The notes beneath the pieces are model-generated. The model did no database searches. It was given only the letters and a program-made list of their open reading frames with translations, and was not told where the DNA came from. A stretch of 64,000 nt of DNA from a bacterium HR40 (GTDB taxonomy: Bacteria; Pseudomonadota; Alphaproteobacteria; Geminicoccales; Geminicoccaceae). Positions 10,546 to 21,939 of this stretch are shown one piece after another. The DNA lies in the NCBI GenBank assembly GCA_002898275.1, contig BEIQ01000001.1, forward strand, positions 239,899-303,898, written 5' to 3'. The first letter of the stretch is position 1. Each line of letters starts with the position of its first letter. Made by a program: the position numbers and the translations under genes.

Positions 10546-11812
10546 GGTCCGTTCCGACGGCGTCCCAGATCAGGCGGGGATCGAAGCTGTGGGAGGCGAG
10601 CATGGTCAGGATGACCACCAACGCGAAGGCGGTGGCGCCGCGGCCGGGTTCGATGCTCGCCACCTGGCCCACCCCGACGAGGGCGGTGAGGATCGCGATC
10701 ATGAACACGTCGATCATCGACCAGCGGCCGACGGCCTCCACCACTCGGTAAAGCCTCGTCCGTTCGCGCGGTCGCAGGCGGCTACGGAGGTGAACCGAAA
10801 GGAGCAGCAGGGCGAGGCCGAGGATCTTGAGCACCGGAACCACCATGCTGGCGAAAAAGACGAGGGCGGCGAGGGGCCACATGCCGGTCTCGATCAGCTG
10901 GCGCACGCCGGCCAGGATGGTATCGGGCTCGCCGCGGCCGAACCAGGTGACGCGCATCACCGGCAGGAGGTTGGCGGGCACATAGAGGGCGGTCGCGGCC
11001 ACGAGCAGCGCCCAGGCGCGAGCCATCGCATAGGGCCGCCGGCGGTGGAGGACTGCTTCGCACCGCGGACAGTGCAGGACGACACCGGGGGTCGTGGAGG
11101 GCAAGCGCACGAGCTGCCGGCAGGCGTCGCATGCCGACCAGTTGCGGCTCGCAGCGAGGCGCCCCGGGTCGCCACGGGCCTGCGGCTGAAGCCGCTGCCA
11201 CACTTCGAGGGGCTCGAGCACCGCCTCGGCGGCGGCGAGCAGGACGATCACCCCGACGAAGGCGAAGAGCGCGGGGCCCAGATGGACTTCGGCGAGATCG
11301 CGGAGCTTCACCCAGGCGACCAGCACGCCCAAGAGGTAGACCTCCGTCATCGCCCAGGGATGCAGCCGTTCGACCTCGCGGAAGACGCGGGCTGAAGCCG
11401 GCCGCGGTCGGCCGCGGGCGAGGGGATCGAGCACCCAGAGGGCGGCGAGGAGTCGCACCGTCGGGATGAGGAACATGACGAGGAAGACGGCAGCTGCGAG
11501 GAGGCCATGGCCGGCCTGCCACAGCGCCAGGGCGCCCGAAAGGAGCGTGCTGCCCTGTTCGCGGCCCTCGTAGTCGAGGGTCATGAAGGGCAAGAAATTG
11601 GCAACCGCCCACAGCGGCAGGGCGGCCGCGAGCAAGGCCCGGGCGCGCTCCACCGTTCCCCGGCGGCCGCGGTAGAGCACCGCGCCGCAGCGTCGACAGC
11701 AGGCCACGGCGCCTTCGGGGAGCGCCGCCATCGCGTACAGGGCGTCGCACTCCGAACAGGCAACGAGCGGTGCTACTCTCTCCCGCGAGCGAGGCGGGAT
11801 CGTCGCGTTCAC
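10520..11812 (-). CDS. pqiA: Paraquat-inducible protein A family membrane protein
   Basis: It has two homologous halves, each with a Zn-ribbon (CSECDALY...CRRCGAVL and CDACRQLV...CPRCEAVL) followed by TM segments. GTG 11812 is chosen because the longer ORF would run into hemB. The start is uncertain. Confidence 0.8.
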   Translation of the reverse strand: MNATIPPRSRERVAPLVACSECDALYAMAALPEGAVACCRRCGAVLYRGRRGTVERARALLAAALPLWAVANFLPFMTLDYEGREQGSTLLSGALALWQAGHGLLAAAVFLVMFLIPTVRLLAALWVLDPLARGRPRPASARVFREVERLHPWAMTEVYLLGVLVAWVKLRDLAEVHLGPALFAFVGVIVLLAAAEAVLEPLEVWQRLQPQARGDPGRLAASRNWSACDACRQLVRLPSTTPGVVLHCPRCEAVLHRRRPYAMARAWALLVAATALYVPANLLPVMRVTWFGRGEPDTILAGVRQLIETGMWPLAALVFFASMVVPVLKILGLALLLLSVHLRSRLRPRERTRLYRVVEAVGRWSMIDVFMIAILTALVGVGQVASIEPGRGATAFALVVILTMLASHSFDPRLIWDAVGTDHGRSPERP

Positions 11813-11831
11813 GGACACCGAACCACCGGCT

Positions 11832-12878
<1,047 letters not shown>

Positions 12879-13302
12879 CTACCCTTTAGATCCCGACCGG
12901 CGTCACGGCAACCTCGCGCAAGGACGCGCCATCCCTCGCCTCGAGGCCGCCCCGTCGTGGGACCGCACCTTCGGGCTGCGGACCTCGGGTGCGAGGACGA
13001 GCTCACCCGCCGCACTCACGGCCCCGAATGCGCCGATCGGCGACAAAGGTGTCGCCGCCAGCGTCCCGGCGACGTCGCTTGCCCTAAGCGGGCGCGGCGC
13101 CAGCCCAGGGGTGGGGATTCGCGAAAAGAAAATGCGGGGTTTCGCCCATGTGCGTCCCGTCTCGCCGCGGACCTTGCGGGACGGCAGCGACAAAAGGGGT
13201 CGCGGATGTCTCGCGCGAAGGCGAAAGCGCGCCCTTTGCGGCGGACGAACACACGCTCGCATATCCGGGCGAGGCGCTTTTAGGTGGGCTCGCCGAGCCG
13301 GG

Positions 13303-13692
13303 CTATTCGCGCACCACGACATAGCCGCGGCCGCGCAAGCAGTTGGCCACGGCGCGGTTCTGCTCGTCCCAGCTGCTATAGAGGCCGTAGCCGAGACCAC
13401 CCAGACCGCCGAGAGCCGCACCCTGCCACAACCCGTGCGCCGGTTTGCCGGCGATCACCCCGACGAGGGTACCGGCGGCAGCGCCCGCCGCTGCCCCCAC
13501 CGCCGCCGAGGTGCCGACTTGCTGCTGCGGCGAACGCTGCGAGGCGAGGGTTTGGCATTCCCGGAGATCGTAGGCGTATTGCTCGCGCGTCCGACCCGAG
13601 GCCTGCAGGTCGACGAGCGGTTCGTAGTTGCGCTCCTGCGCGGTGCAGCCGGCGAGCAAGAGGACAAGGCCAAGGAGGATCGGTCTGCGCAT
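13303..13692 (-). CDS. Small lipoprotein with glycine-zipper C-terminal region
   Basis: The signal peptide MRRPILLGLVLLLAGC has a canonical lipobox. A Gly/Ala-rich zipper (AAVGAAAGAAAGTLVGVIAG...GAALGGLGGLGYG) follows. GGAAATGGAG lies upstream of the ATG. Confidence 0.75.
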   Translation of the reverse strand: MRRPILLGLVLLLAGCTAQERNYEPLVDLQASGRTREQYAYDLRECQTLASQRSPQQQVGTSAAVGAAAGAAAGTLVGVIAGKPAHGLWQGAALGGLGGLGYGLYSSWDEQNRAVANCLRGRGYVVVRE

Positions 13693-13771
13693 GGCTGCTC
13701 CATTTCCCTACCGGCATCCGGCCGGCCCTCATGATCTCGGATCGACAGCCGGCCGCGGCAAGCCCGCGCGC

Positions 13772-16157
<2,386 letters not shown>

Positions 16158-16162
16158 GGACC

Positions 16163-17677
16163 ATGTTCGATCCCGGTCGTTCCGATCTCACGCTCGGCAT
16201 CGTCGGCACCGGCACCATGGGCCGCGGCATCGCCCAGGTCGCCGCCGAGGCGGGCTGCCAGGTGCTGCTTTGCGACGCACGGGCCGAGGCGGTAGCTGCC
16301 GCTCGCGACGAGCTCGCCCGCATCTGGCAAAGGCTCGCCGAACGCGGCAGGCTCGATCGGGGACGCGCCGGGGCGCTGCCCGGGCGGCTCGCAGAGGCCC
16401 GCGGCCTGGGCGAGCTCGCCCCCTGCGATCTCGTGATCGAGGCCATCGTCGAGGATCTCGAGGCCAAACGGCAGCTGTTTCGCGACCTCGAGGCGGTGGT
16501 ACGGGATGAGTGCGTGCTGGCGACGAACACCTCCTCGCTTTCGGTGACCGCGATCGCCGCCGTCTGCCGCCGCCCCGAACGCGTTGCCGGCTTTCACTTC
16601 TTCAATCCCGTGCCGCTCATGCGGGTCGTCGAAGTGATCGACGGCCTGCTCACCGCTCCCTCGGTCGGCGAGGCCCTTGCCGGGCTCGCCCGCCGCTTCG
16701 GCCACCGCCCCGTGCGGGTGCGGGACATGCCTGGCTTTCTCGTCAATCACGCCGGCCGCGGCTACACCACGGAGGCCTTGCGCATCCTCTCGGAAGGGGT
16801 CGCCGACGAGGCGGAGATCGACCGCGTGCTGCGCGAAGCCGCGGGTTTCCGCATGGGTCCCTTCGAGCTCCTCGATCTCACCGGTCTCGACGTGTCGGTG
16901 CCGGTGATGGAGCAGATCTACCATCAGTTTTACGAGGAACCGCGCTTCCGTCCGGTGCCGATCTTGCGTCGGCGGCTCGAGGCCGGTCTGCTGGGGCGCA
17001 AGAGCGGGCGCGGCTTCTACCGCTATCGCGAGGGCAGGGCCGAGGTGCGGGCGCCGGAACCGCCGCCGCAGCTGCGGCCGGCCAAGGTGTGGGTGGCGCC
17101 CCTCGCCCATGCCACCCGGGTGCGCGAGCTCGTTCGCCGGCTCGGTGCCGAGGTGGTCGAGGGCAGGGCACCGGAGGATGGTCTTCTGGTGGTGGCCCCG
17201 GTCGGCGACGACGCCACCACGACGGCCCGTGCCTTCTCCCTCGATGCCCGCCGGGTGGTGGCAATCGATCCCTTGTGCGGGCTCGACTCCCATCGCACCC
17301 TCATGACCACCCCGGCGACCGATCCCGAGATCGCCGCCCAAGCGCGAGGGCTCTTCGCCGCGGACGGGGTGCCGGTGACCTGTGTGCACGATAGCCCGGG
17401 CTTCATCTGCCAGCGGGTGCTCGCCACCATCGTCAACATCGCCTGCGAGATTGCCCAACAGCGAATCGCCGCCCCCGCCGACATCGACGAGGCGGTCGGT
17501 CTCGGCCTCGGCTACCCCAAAGGACCGCTCGCCTGGGGCGACGAGCTCGGGGCGGAGACGGTGATGGCGATCCTCCAGGCCCTGCAGCGGATCACCGGCG
17601 ATCCGCGCTACCGCCCGAGCCTGTGGCTCAGGCGACGGGCGATGTTGCGCCTCTCGTTGCTGGCCGCCGAAGGCTGA
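16163..17677 (+). CDS. 3-hydroxyacyl-CoA dehydrogenase, long (about 500 aa) PaaH/PaaC-like form
   Basis: The Rossmann motif is LGIVGTGTMGRGIAQ, with FHFFNPVPLMRVVEV and a duplicated C-terminal domain (GFICQRVLATIVNIA...GYPKGPLAWGD). Only the last 504 aa of the 1349-aa track ORF are credible. Confidence 0.9.
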   Translation: MFDPGRSDLTLGIVGTGTMGRGIAQVAAEAGCQVLLCDARAEAVAAARDELARIWQRLAERGRLDRGRAGALPGRLAEARGLGELAPCDLVIEAIVEDLEAKRQLFRDLEAVVRDECVLATNTSSLSVTAIAAVCRRPERVAGFHFFNPVPLMRVVEVIDGLLTAPSVGEALAGLARRFGHRPVRVRDMPGFLVNHAGRGYTTEALRILSEGVADEAEIDRVLREAAGFRMGPFELLDLTGLDVSVPVMEQIYHQFYEEPRFRPVPILRRRLEAGLLGRKSGRGFYRYREGRAEVRAPEPPPQLRPAKVWVAPLAHATRVRELVRRLGAEVVEGRAPEDGLLVVAPVGDDATTTARAFSLDARRVVAIDPLCGLDSHRTLMTTPATDPEIAAQARGLFAADGVPVTCVHDSPGFICQRVLATIVNIACEIAQQRIAAPADIDEAVGLGLGYPKGPLAWGDELGAETVMAILQALQRITGDPRYRPSLWLRRRAMLRLSLLAAEG

Positions 17678-17786
17678 AGGGAAGCGGCAGAACGCCGCCA
17701 GCGCGCACCGCCGGGCGTCCGACTCTCCCTTGTCGGCCGAGCAGAGGCGGATCACACTCGGTGGGGGGAGCCGTGGGAGATCGGCC

Positions 17787-18137
17787 GTGTACGTGGTGGT
17801 GTTCGAGTTCGAGCTCGATCCAGAGAAGGGGGACCGCTACTTCGAGCTCGCCCGCTCGCTGCGACCGGAGGCCGAACGGATCGATGGCTTCGTTTCGGTG
17901 GAGCGGTTCGAGAGCCTGACGCGCCCGGGCCATTATGTCTCGGTGTCCTTCTGGCGCGATGCGGCGGCGATCGATCGCTGGCGGCAGCATGCCGAGCACC
18001 GCCGCGCCCAGGCGGAGGCCCTCGAACGGAATCTGTTCCGGGATTTTTGCATCACCGTCGCCGAGGTCGCGCGCAGCTACACCTTGGCCGAGGTGGAGGC
18101 AGCGCGCTCCGAGGGCCGTGTCGGCTGGGCCGGCTGA
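17787..18137 (+). CDS. Antibiotic-biosynthesis-monooxygenase (ABM) domain protein
   Basis: The sequence VYVVVFEFELDPEKGDRYFELA...FVSVERFES...YVSVSFWRDAAAIDRWR looks like a ferredoxin-like ABM fold. GTG 17787 is preceded by GGGAG. An alternative TTG start lies at 17730. Confidence 0.7.
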   Translation: MYVVVFEFELDPEKGDRYFELARSLRPEAERIDGFVSVERFESLTRPGHYVSVSFWRDAAAIDRWRQHAEHRRAQAEALERNLFRDFCITVAEVARSYTLAEVEAARSEGRVGWAG

Positions 18138-18209
18138 GCCCGAGAGCCCAGCCGAGCGGGTCGCGGGCGCGTTGCCAAGCCGGGATCTCGCCACTATCTT
18201 GGCCGCGGT

Positions 18210-18286
18210 CGGAGCGTAGCGCAGCCTGGTAGCGCATCAGTCTGGGGGACTGGGGGTCGCCGGTTCGAATCCGGCCGCTCCGACCA
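18210..18286 (+). tRNA. tRNA-Pro (anticodon GGG)
   Basis: The cloverleaf was folded by hand. The acceptor stem cggagcg pairs with cgctccg. The D arm is gcgc-agcctggta-gcgc. The anticodon arm is tcagt-CTGGGGG-actgg, placing GGG at positions 34-36. The T arm is gccgg-ttcgaat-ccggc, and a 3' ACCA is encoded. Confidence 0.95.
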
Positions 18287-18332
18287 TGGTTCCTTTCCTC
18301 GTCCATCGCCCCACCACCCGGGTTTGGCGCCG

Positions 18333-18713
18333 ATGCGCCGGGTGACCGTTCTAGATCTCGATTCGGCGAAGCGCGCGCTGGCCGAAGGCGAGGCGCGGGG
18401 CGAACAGGTGCTCCTCGTCAGTCCGAGGGACGGCGTGGCGCAAGCAGGAGCCGCCTTCTTCGTGGCGCTGGCCCGCGAGCTCGGCCATGACGTCGTCATC
18501 GATGCCTCGGGATATCCGGGCTATGCCCTCGAGGCGCTGCGGCTCGGAGCGCGTACGGTCCTCTTTCGCGGCGATCCCCTGCTGCGGCGCCGCCTCGACC
18601 GTCTCGCCCGCCGTCAGGGCGGCCGGGTATTGGGGCGGCTCCCTGCCGCGGCCAGCAGTCGCGTGGCCAGCGGAGGCGTCCGGGGCCTTCCGCGCACGCC
18701 CGAGGACGGCTAG
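18333..18713 (+). CDS. Hypothetical protein (no family recognised)
   Basis: The ORF is open with G/C-rich third codon positions typical of genes here. ATG lies at 18333 and an in-frame TTG at 18324. It lies between tRNA-Pro and the aldolase gene. No motif was recognised. Confidence 0.45.
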   Translation: MRRVTVLDLDSAKRALAEGEARGEQVLLVSPRDGVAQAGAAFFVALARELGHDVVIDASGYPGYALEALRLGARTVLFRGDPLLRRRLDRLARRQGGRVLGRLPAAASSRVASGGVRGLPRTPEDG

Positions 18714-18764
18714 GCTGCAGGTCGCCACGTTCTATCGCATCGGTCCCGGAGTGCGAGGAGACCC

Positions 18765-19682
18765 ATGAGCGAACGGATACGCCAGATCCTCGGCTGGTAC
18801 GAGAGCGATCCGCCTGGCGTCAAGGCGAACCTCTACCGCATCCTGATGCATGGCCGTCTCGCCGGTACCGGCAAGCTCGTCATCCTGCCCGTCGACCAAG
18901 GGTTCGAGCACGGTCCCGCGCGCAGTTTCGCCTCCAATCCGCCGGCCTACGATCCGCACTATCTCTACGAGCTCGCCATCGAGGCGGGTCTTTCCGCCTA
19001 TGCCGCACCGCTCGGCCTGCTCGAACAGGGCGCTGACACCTTCGCCGGGCGCATTCCGACGATCCTCAAGCTCAATTCGGCCAATAGCCTGCACGCCGGC
19101 ACGCCCGACCAGGCGATCACCGCCACCGTCCGGGACGCGCTGCGGCTCGGCTGCGCGGGGGTGGGCTTCACCATCTATCCCGGCTCGGACGCCTGCTACG
19201 GGATGATGGAAGAGCTCAGGGAGATCATCCGCGAGGCCAAGAGCTGCGGGCTCGTGGCCGTGGTTTGGTCCTATCCGCGCGGCGGCAAGGTGAGCAAACA
19301 GGGCGAGACCGCGCTCGACATCGTCGCCTACGCCGCCCACATGGCAGCCCTCATGGGCGCCAACATCATCAAAGTCAAACCTCCTTCCGAGGTCGTCGAC
19401 CTCGACGCCGCGCGGTCGACCTACGAACAGGTGGCGATTCCCCGCGCCACCCTCGCCGAGCGCGTGCGCCACGTGATGCAGGCGGCGTTTGCCGGCAAGC
19501 GGCTGGTCGTGTTCAGCGGCGGCGAGGCGAAGGATACCCAGGGCTTGCTCGACGAGATTCGTCAGATCCGCGACGGCGGTGGATCCGGCTCGATCATCGG
19601 TCGCAACAGCTTCCGTCGCCCCAAGGCGGAGGCGCTCGACCTGCTCGACCGGGTGATCCGCATCTACCGCGGCGAGCTGTGA
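18765..19682 (+). CDS. Class I fructose-bisphosphate aldolase (DhnA/FbaB, DeoC/LacD-family type)
   Basis: The sequence GKLVILPVDQGFEHGP...IPTILKLNSANSL...IIKVKPP is characteristic of the archaeal-type class I aldolase family. 305 aa. Confidence 0.85.
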   Translation: MSERIRQILGWYESDPPGVKANLYRILMHGRLAGTGKLVILPVDQGFEHGPARSFASNPPAYDPHYLYELAIEAGLSAYAAPLGLLEQGADTFAGRIPTILKLNSANSLHAGTPDQAITATVRDALRLGCAGVGFTIYPGSDACYGMMEELREIIREAKSCGLVAVVWSYPRGGKVSKQGETALDIVAYAAHMAALMGANIIKVKPPSEVVDLDAARSTYEQVAIPRATLAERVRHVMQAAFAGKRLVVFSGGEAKDTQGLLDEIRQIRDGGGSGSIIGRNSFRRPKAEALDLLDRVIRIYRGEL

Positions 19683-20341
19683 GGGACGAGGAACCCTGGC
19701 TGACCCCGGAAGAGGCGGGCTGCCGTCTCCTCCTGCATCTCTCGCCATCCGTCCTGGAGACGATAGGGTTGGAGGAGCTTTCCGATCTGCTCGCCTTGCC
19801 CGAGGTCGCGGGGCTCGTGATCGAGACCGAGGGGATCGCCGAAGACCGGCTGCGGCGGGTGGCGGCGACCGCCGAGGGGCAGCAGAGGGCGTGCCTGCTG
19901 GTCGACGGGATGCAGGCCATCGCCCGTGTCGGGGCCCATGGGCTGCACCTGCGGGACTGGAAGCGGGTCAGCGAGGCGCGGCGGCAGCTGGGCGCCGGCT
20001 GGATCCTCGGCGCGAGCTGCGGCCTTTCGCGTCATGCCGCCATGGTAGCGGGAGAGGGCGGTGCCGACTATGTGCTGTTCGGCGAGCTCGGCAACGAGCT
20101 CGGCGAGCATTGGCGGCAGCACGCGACGCTCGTTGCCTGGTGGGCGGAACTGTTCTACCTGCCCTGCGCCGTCGCGCTCGGCACCGAGCTCGCGCACGCC
20201 CGGGCCATGGTCCGGGAAGGAGCCGATTTCCTCGTGCCGACCGTGGTCAGTTCCGACGGCACACCGACATCCCCGCGCGGCATCCGCGAGCTCGCTTCGG
20301 AGCTGGCCGCGATGCATCCGAGAGGAACCGGAGAGCGATGA
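19679..20341 (+). CDS. Thiamine-phosphate synthase (ThiE)-like TIM-barrel protein
   Basis: GTG 19679 overlaps the aldolase stop (GTGA). The sequence LLVDGMQAIARVGAHGLHLRD...ILGASCG...GADYVLFGE resembles ThiE-family proteins, but the canonical GVHLGQ-D-D stretch is diverged. Confidence 0.65.
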   Translation: MRDEEPWLTPEEAGCRLLLHLSPSVLETIGLEELSDLLALPEVAGLVIETEGIAEDRLRRVAATAEGQQRACLLVDGMQAIARVGAHGLHLRDWKRVSEARRQLGAGWILGASCGLSRHAAMVAGEGGADYVLFGELGNELGEHWRQHATLVAWWAELFYLPCAVALGTELAHARAMVREGADFLVPTVVSSDGTPTSPRGIRELASELAAMHPRGTGER

Positions 20342-20904
20342 AGATCAGTGTCAACGACATGAAGCCCGGCATGGTCATCGAGCATCGCGGTCGGCTGTGG
20401 CGGGTGGTGAAGACCGAACATGTCAAGCCCGGCAAGGGGCCCGCCTATCAACAGGTGGAGCTCAAGGGCTTGCCCGAGGGAACGAAGCTCAACGAACGCT
20501 TCCGGGCTGCCGATTCGGTGGAGCGGGTGCGGCTCGAGGAAACGCCTCACCAGTTCCTCTACGACGATGGCGAGCGGTTGCACTTCCTCAATCAGGAGAC
20601 CTTCGACGAGGTCGCTCTCGACCGCAGCCTGCTCGGTGAGCGGGCGGTCTGGCTCGAGGAAGGGATGGTGGTCAATCTGCTCGTCCACGAGGGTCGGCCG
20701 ATCGACGTGGAACTGCCAGAAACGGTGGTGCGTACGGTGGTGCAGGCCGATCCGGTGGTCAAAGGGCAGACCGCGGCGGCCTCCTACAAGCCGGCGGTGC
20801 TCGACAATGGGGTGCGGATCATGGTGCCGCCGCATATCGAGAGCGGCGCCCGGGTCGTGGTCGATACCCGGGACGGCACCTACGTCGAACGCGCCCGCGA
20901 GTGA
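20338..20904 (+). CDS. efp: Elongation factor P
   Basis: The sequence is MKISVNDMKPGMVIEHRGRLWRVVKTEHVKPGKGPAYQQVELKG. 188 aa. The ATG overlaps the upstream stop (ATGA). Confidence 0.95.
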   Translation: MKISVNDMKPGMVIEHRGRLWRVVKTEHVKPGKGPAYQQVELKGLPEGTKLNERFRAADSVERVRLEETPHQFLYDDGERLHFLNQETFDEVALDRSLLGERAVWLEEGMVVNLLVHEGRPIDVELPETVVRTVVQADPVVKGQTAAASYKPAVLDNGVRIMVPPHIESGARVVVDTRDGTYVERARE

Positions 20905-20914
20905 GGCGGACACG

Positions 20915-21721
20915 ATGCCACGACGTTCCGCCAACATGGAGATCATGGTGCGCGCCGCGCTCCGAGCGGCGCGCTCGCTCGTGCGCGATTTCGGCGAGGT
21001 GGAGCAGCTGCAGGTGTCCATCAAGGGCCCGGCCGATTTCGTCTCCGCTGCGGATCGTCGCGCCGAGCAGATCATCTTCGAGGAGCTCAGGCGGGCACGC
21101 CCGGGCTGGGGCTTCCTCTTGGAGGAGAGTGGCGAAGTCGTCGGCGAGGACCGCGAGCGCCGCTGGATCGTCGACCCTCTCGACGGCACCACGAACTTTC
21201 TCCATGGCGTGCCGCACTGGGCCATCTCGATCGCCCTCGAAGAGCGCGGCGAGATCACCGCGGGGCTGATCTACGACCCGGTCAAGAACGAAATGTTCGT
21301 CGCCGAAAAGGGCGAGGGTGCGTACATGAACGAACGCCGCATCCGCGTCTCGAGCCGACGCGAGATGGGCGCGGCGTTGATCGGCTGCGGCCTGCCGGTG
21401 GGGGTGTGGGAGGGGCGCCGCACCTTCGGACGACAGATGGAAAGGGTGGCCGATCAGGTGGTCGGCCTGCGCCGCATGGGCACCGCCTCGCTCGATCTCG
21501 CCTATGTGGCGATGGGCCGCCAGGACGGCTTCTGGGAGTTCGGTCTCAAGCCTTGGGACATGGCCGCCGGCATCCTGCTGGTGCGGGAAGCGGGCGGTCT
21601 CGTCGGTCGGCTCGAGGGCGACGAGGCGCTCATGAGCAAGGGTACCCTCGTGGCCGGCAATCCCTGGATCTACGAGAAACTGCGGGCGACCCTCGAGGCG
21701 GTGACGCAAGGCAACGGCTGA
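20915..21721 (+). CDS. suhB: Inositol monophosphatase family protein
   Basis: Motifs seen are FLLEESG, WIVDPLDGTTNFLHG and WDMAAGILLVREAGG. 268 aa. Confidence 0.92.
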   Translation: MPRRSANMEIMVRAALRAARSLVRDFGEVEQLQVSIKGPADFVSAADRRAEQIIFEELRRARPGWGFLLEESGEVVGEDRERRWIVDPLDGTTNFLHGVPHWAISIALEERGEITAGLIYDPVKNEMFVAEKGEGAYMNERRIRVSSRREMGAALIGCGLPVGVWEGRRTFGRQMERVADQVVGLRRMGTASLDLAYVAMGRQDGFWEFGLKPWDMAAGILLVREAGGLVGRLEGDEALMSKGTLVAGNPWIYEKLRATLEAVTQGNG

Positions 21722-21829
21722 TCGCCACGGCCCGGGACGGGGATCGTCGGCATTTTAGGGATTTTCGCGGCGAATCCGAAACGAATGATTGCGCGCCGTG
21801 GTTAATTTTCGCTTGCTGGTTATGCCCGC

Positions 21830-21930
21830 CCGGCGCATAAGGTTAGCGTGTTCATGGGATTCCCCTGTGACACCCGACTTGAGGCGTTTCCTCCCTACCC
21901 CTGGCCGCGGGCTCTGCCCGCGGCTTTTTT
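21830..21930 (+). ncRNA. Candidate small RNA (or structured suhB 3'-UTR end) terminating at an intrinsic terminator
   Basis: The stretch is non-coding and lies downstream of an AT-rich, promoter-like patch. Line 21761-21820 has 30/60 G+C. It contains an exposed-looking CCUCCC motif (21890-21895) just 5' of a perfect terminator. The 5' end is a guess. Confidence 0.3.
21904..21930 (+). terminator. Rho-independent terminator (plus strand)
   Basis: An 8-bp all-G/C stem gccgcggg (21904-21911) pairs with cccgcggc (21917-21924), with a 5-nt loop ctctg, followed immediately by T6 (21925-21930). Confidence 0.8.
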
Positions 21931-21939
21931 CTCGGCTGC

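Noticed and set aside
18210-21721. tRNA-Pro as the integration site of a genomic island
   Set aside because: I saw no integrase, recombinase or phage gene, no direct repeat of the tRNA 3' end downstream, and no compositional shift. The downstream genes (aldolase, thiE-like, efp, suhB) are core housekeeping genes.
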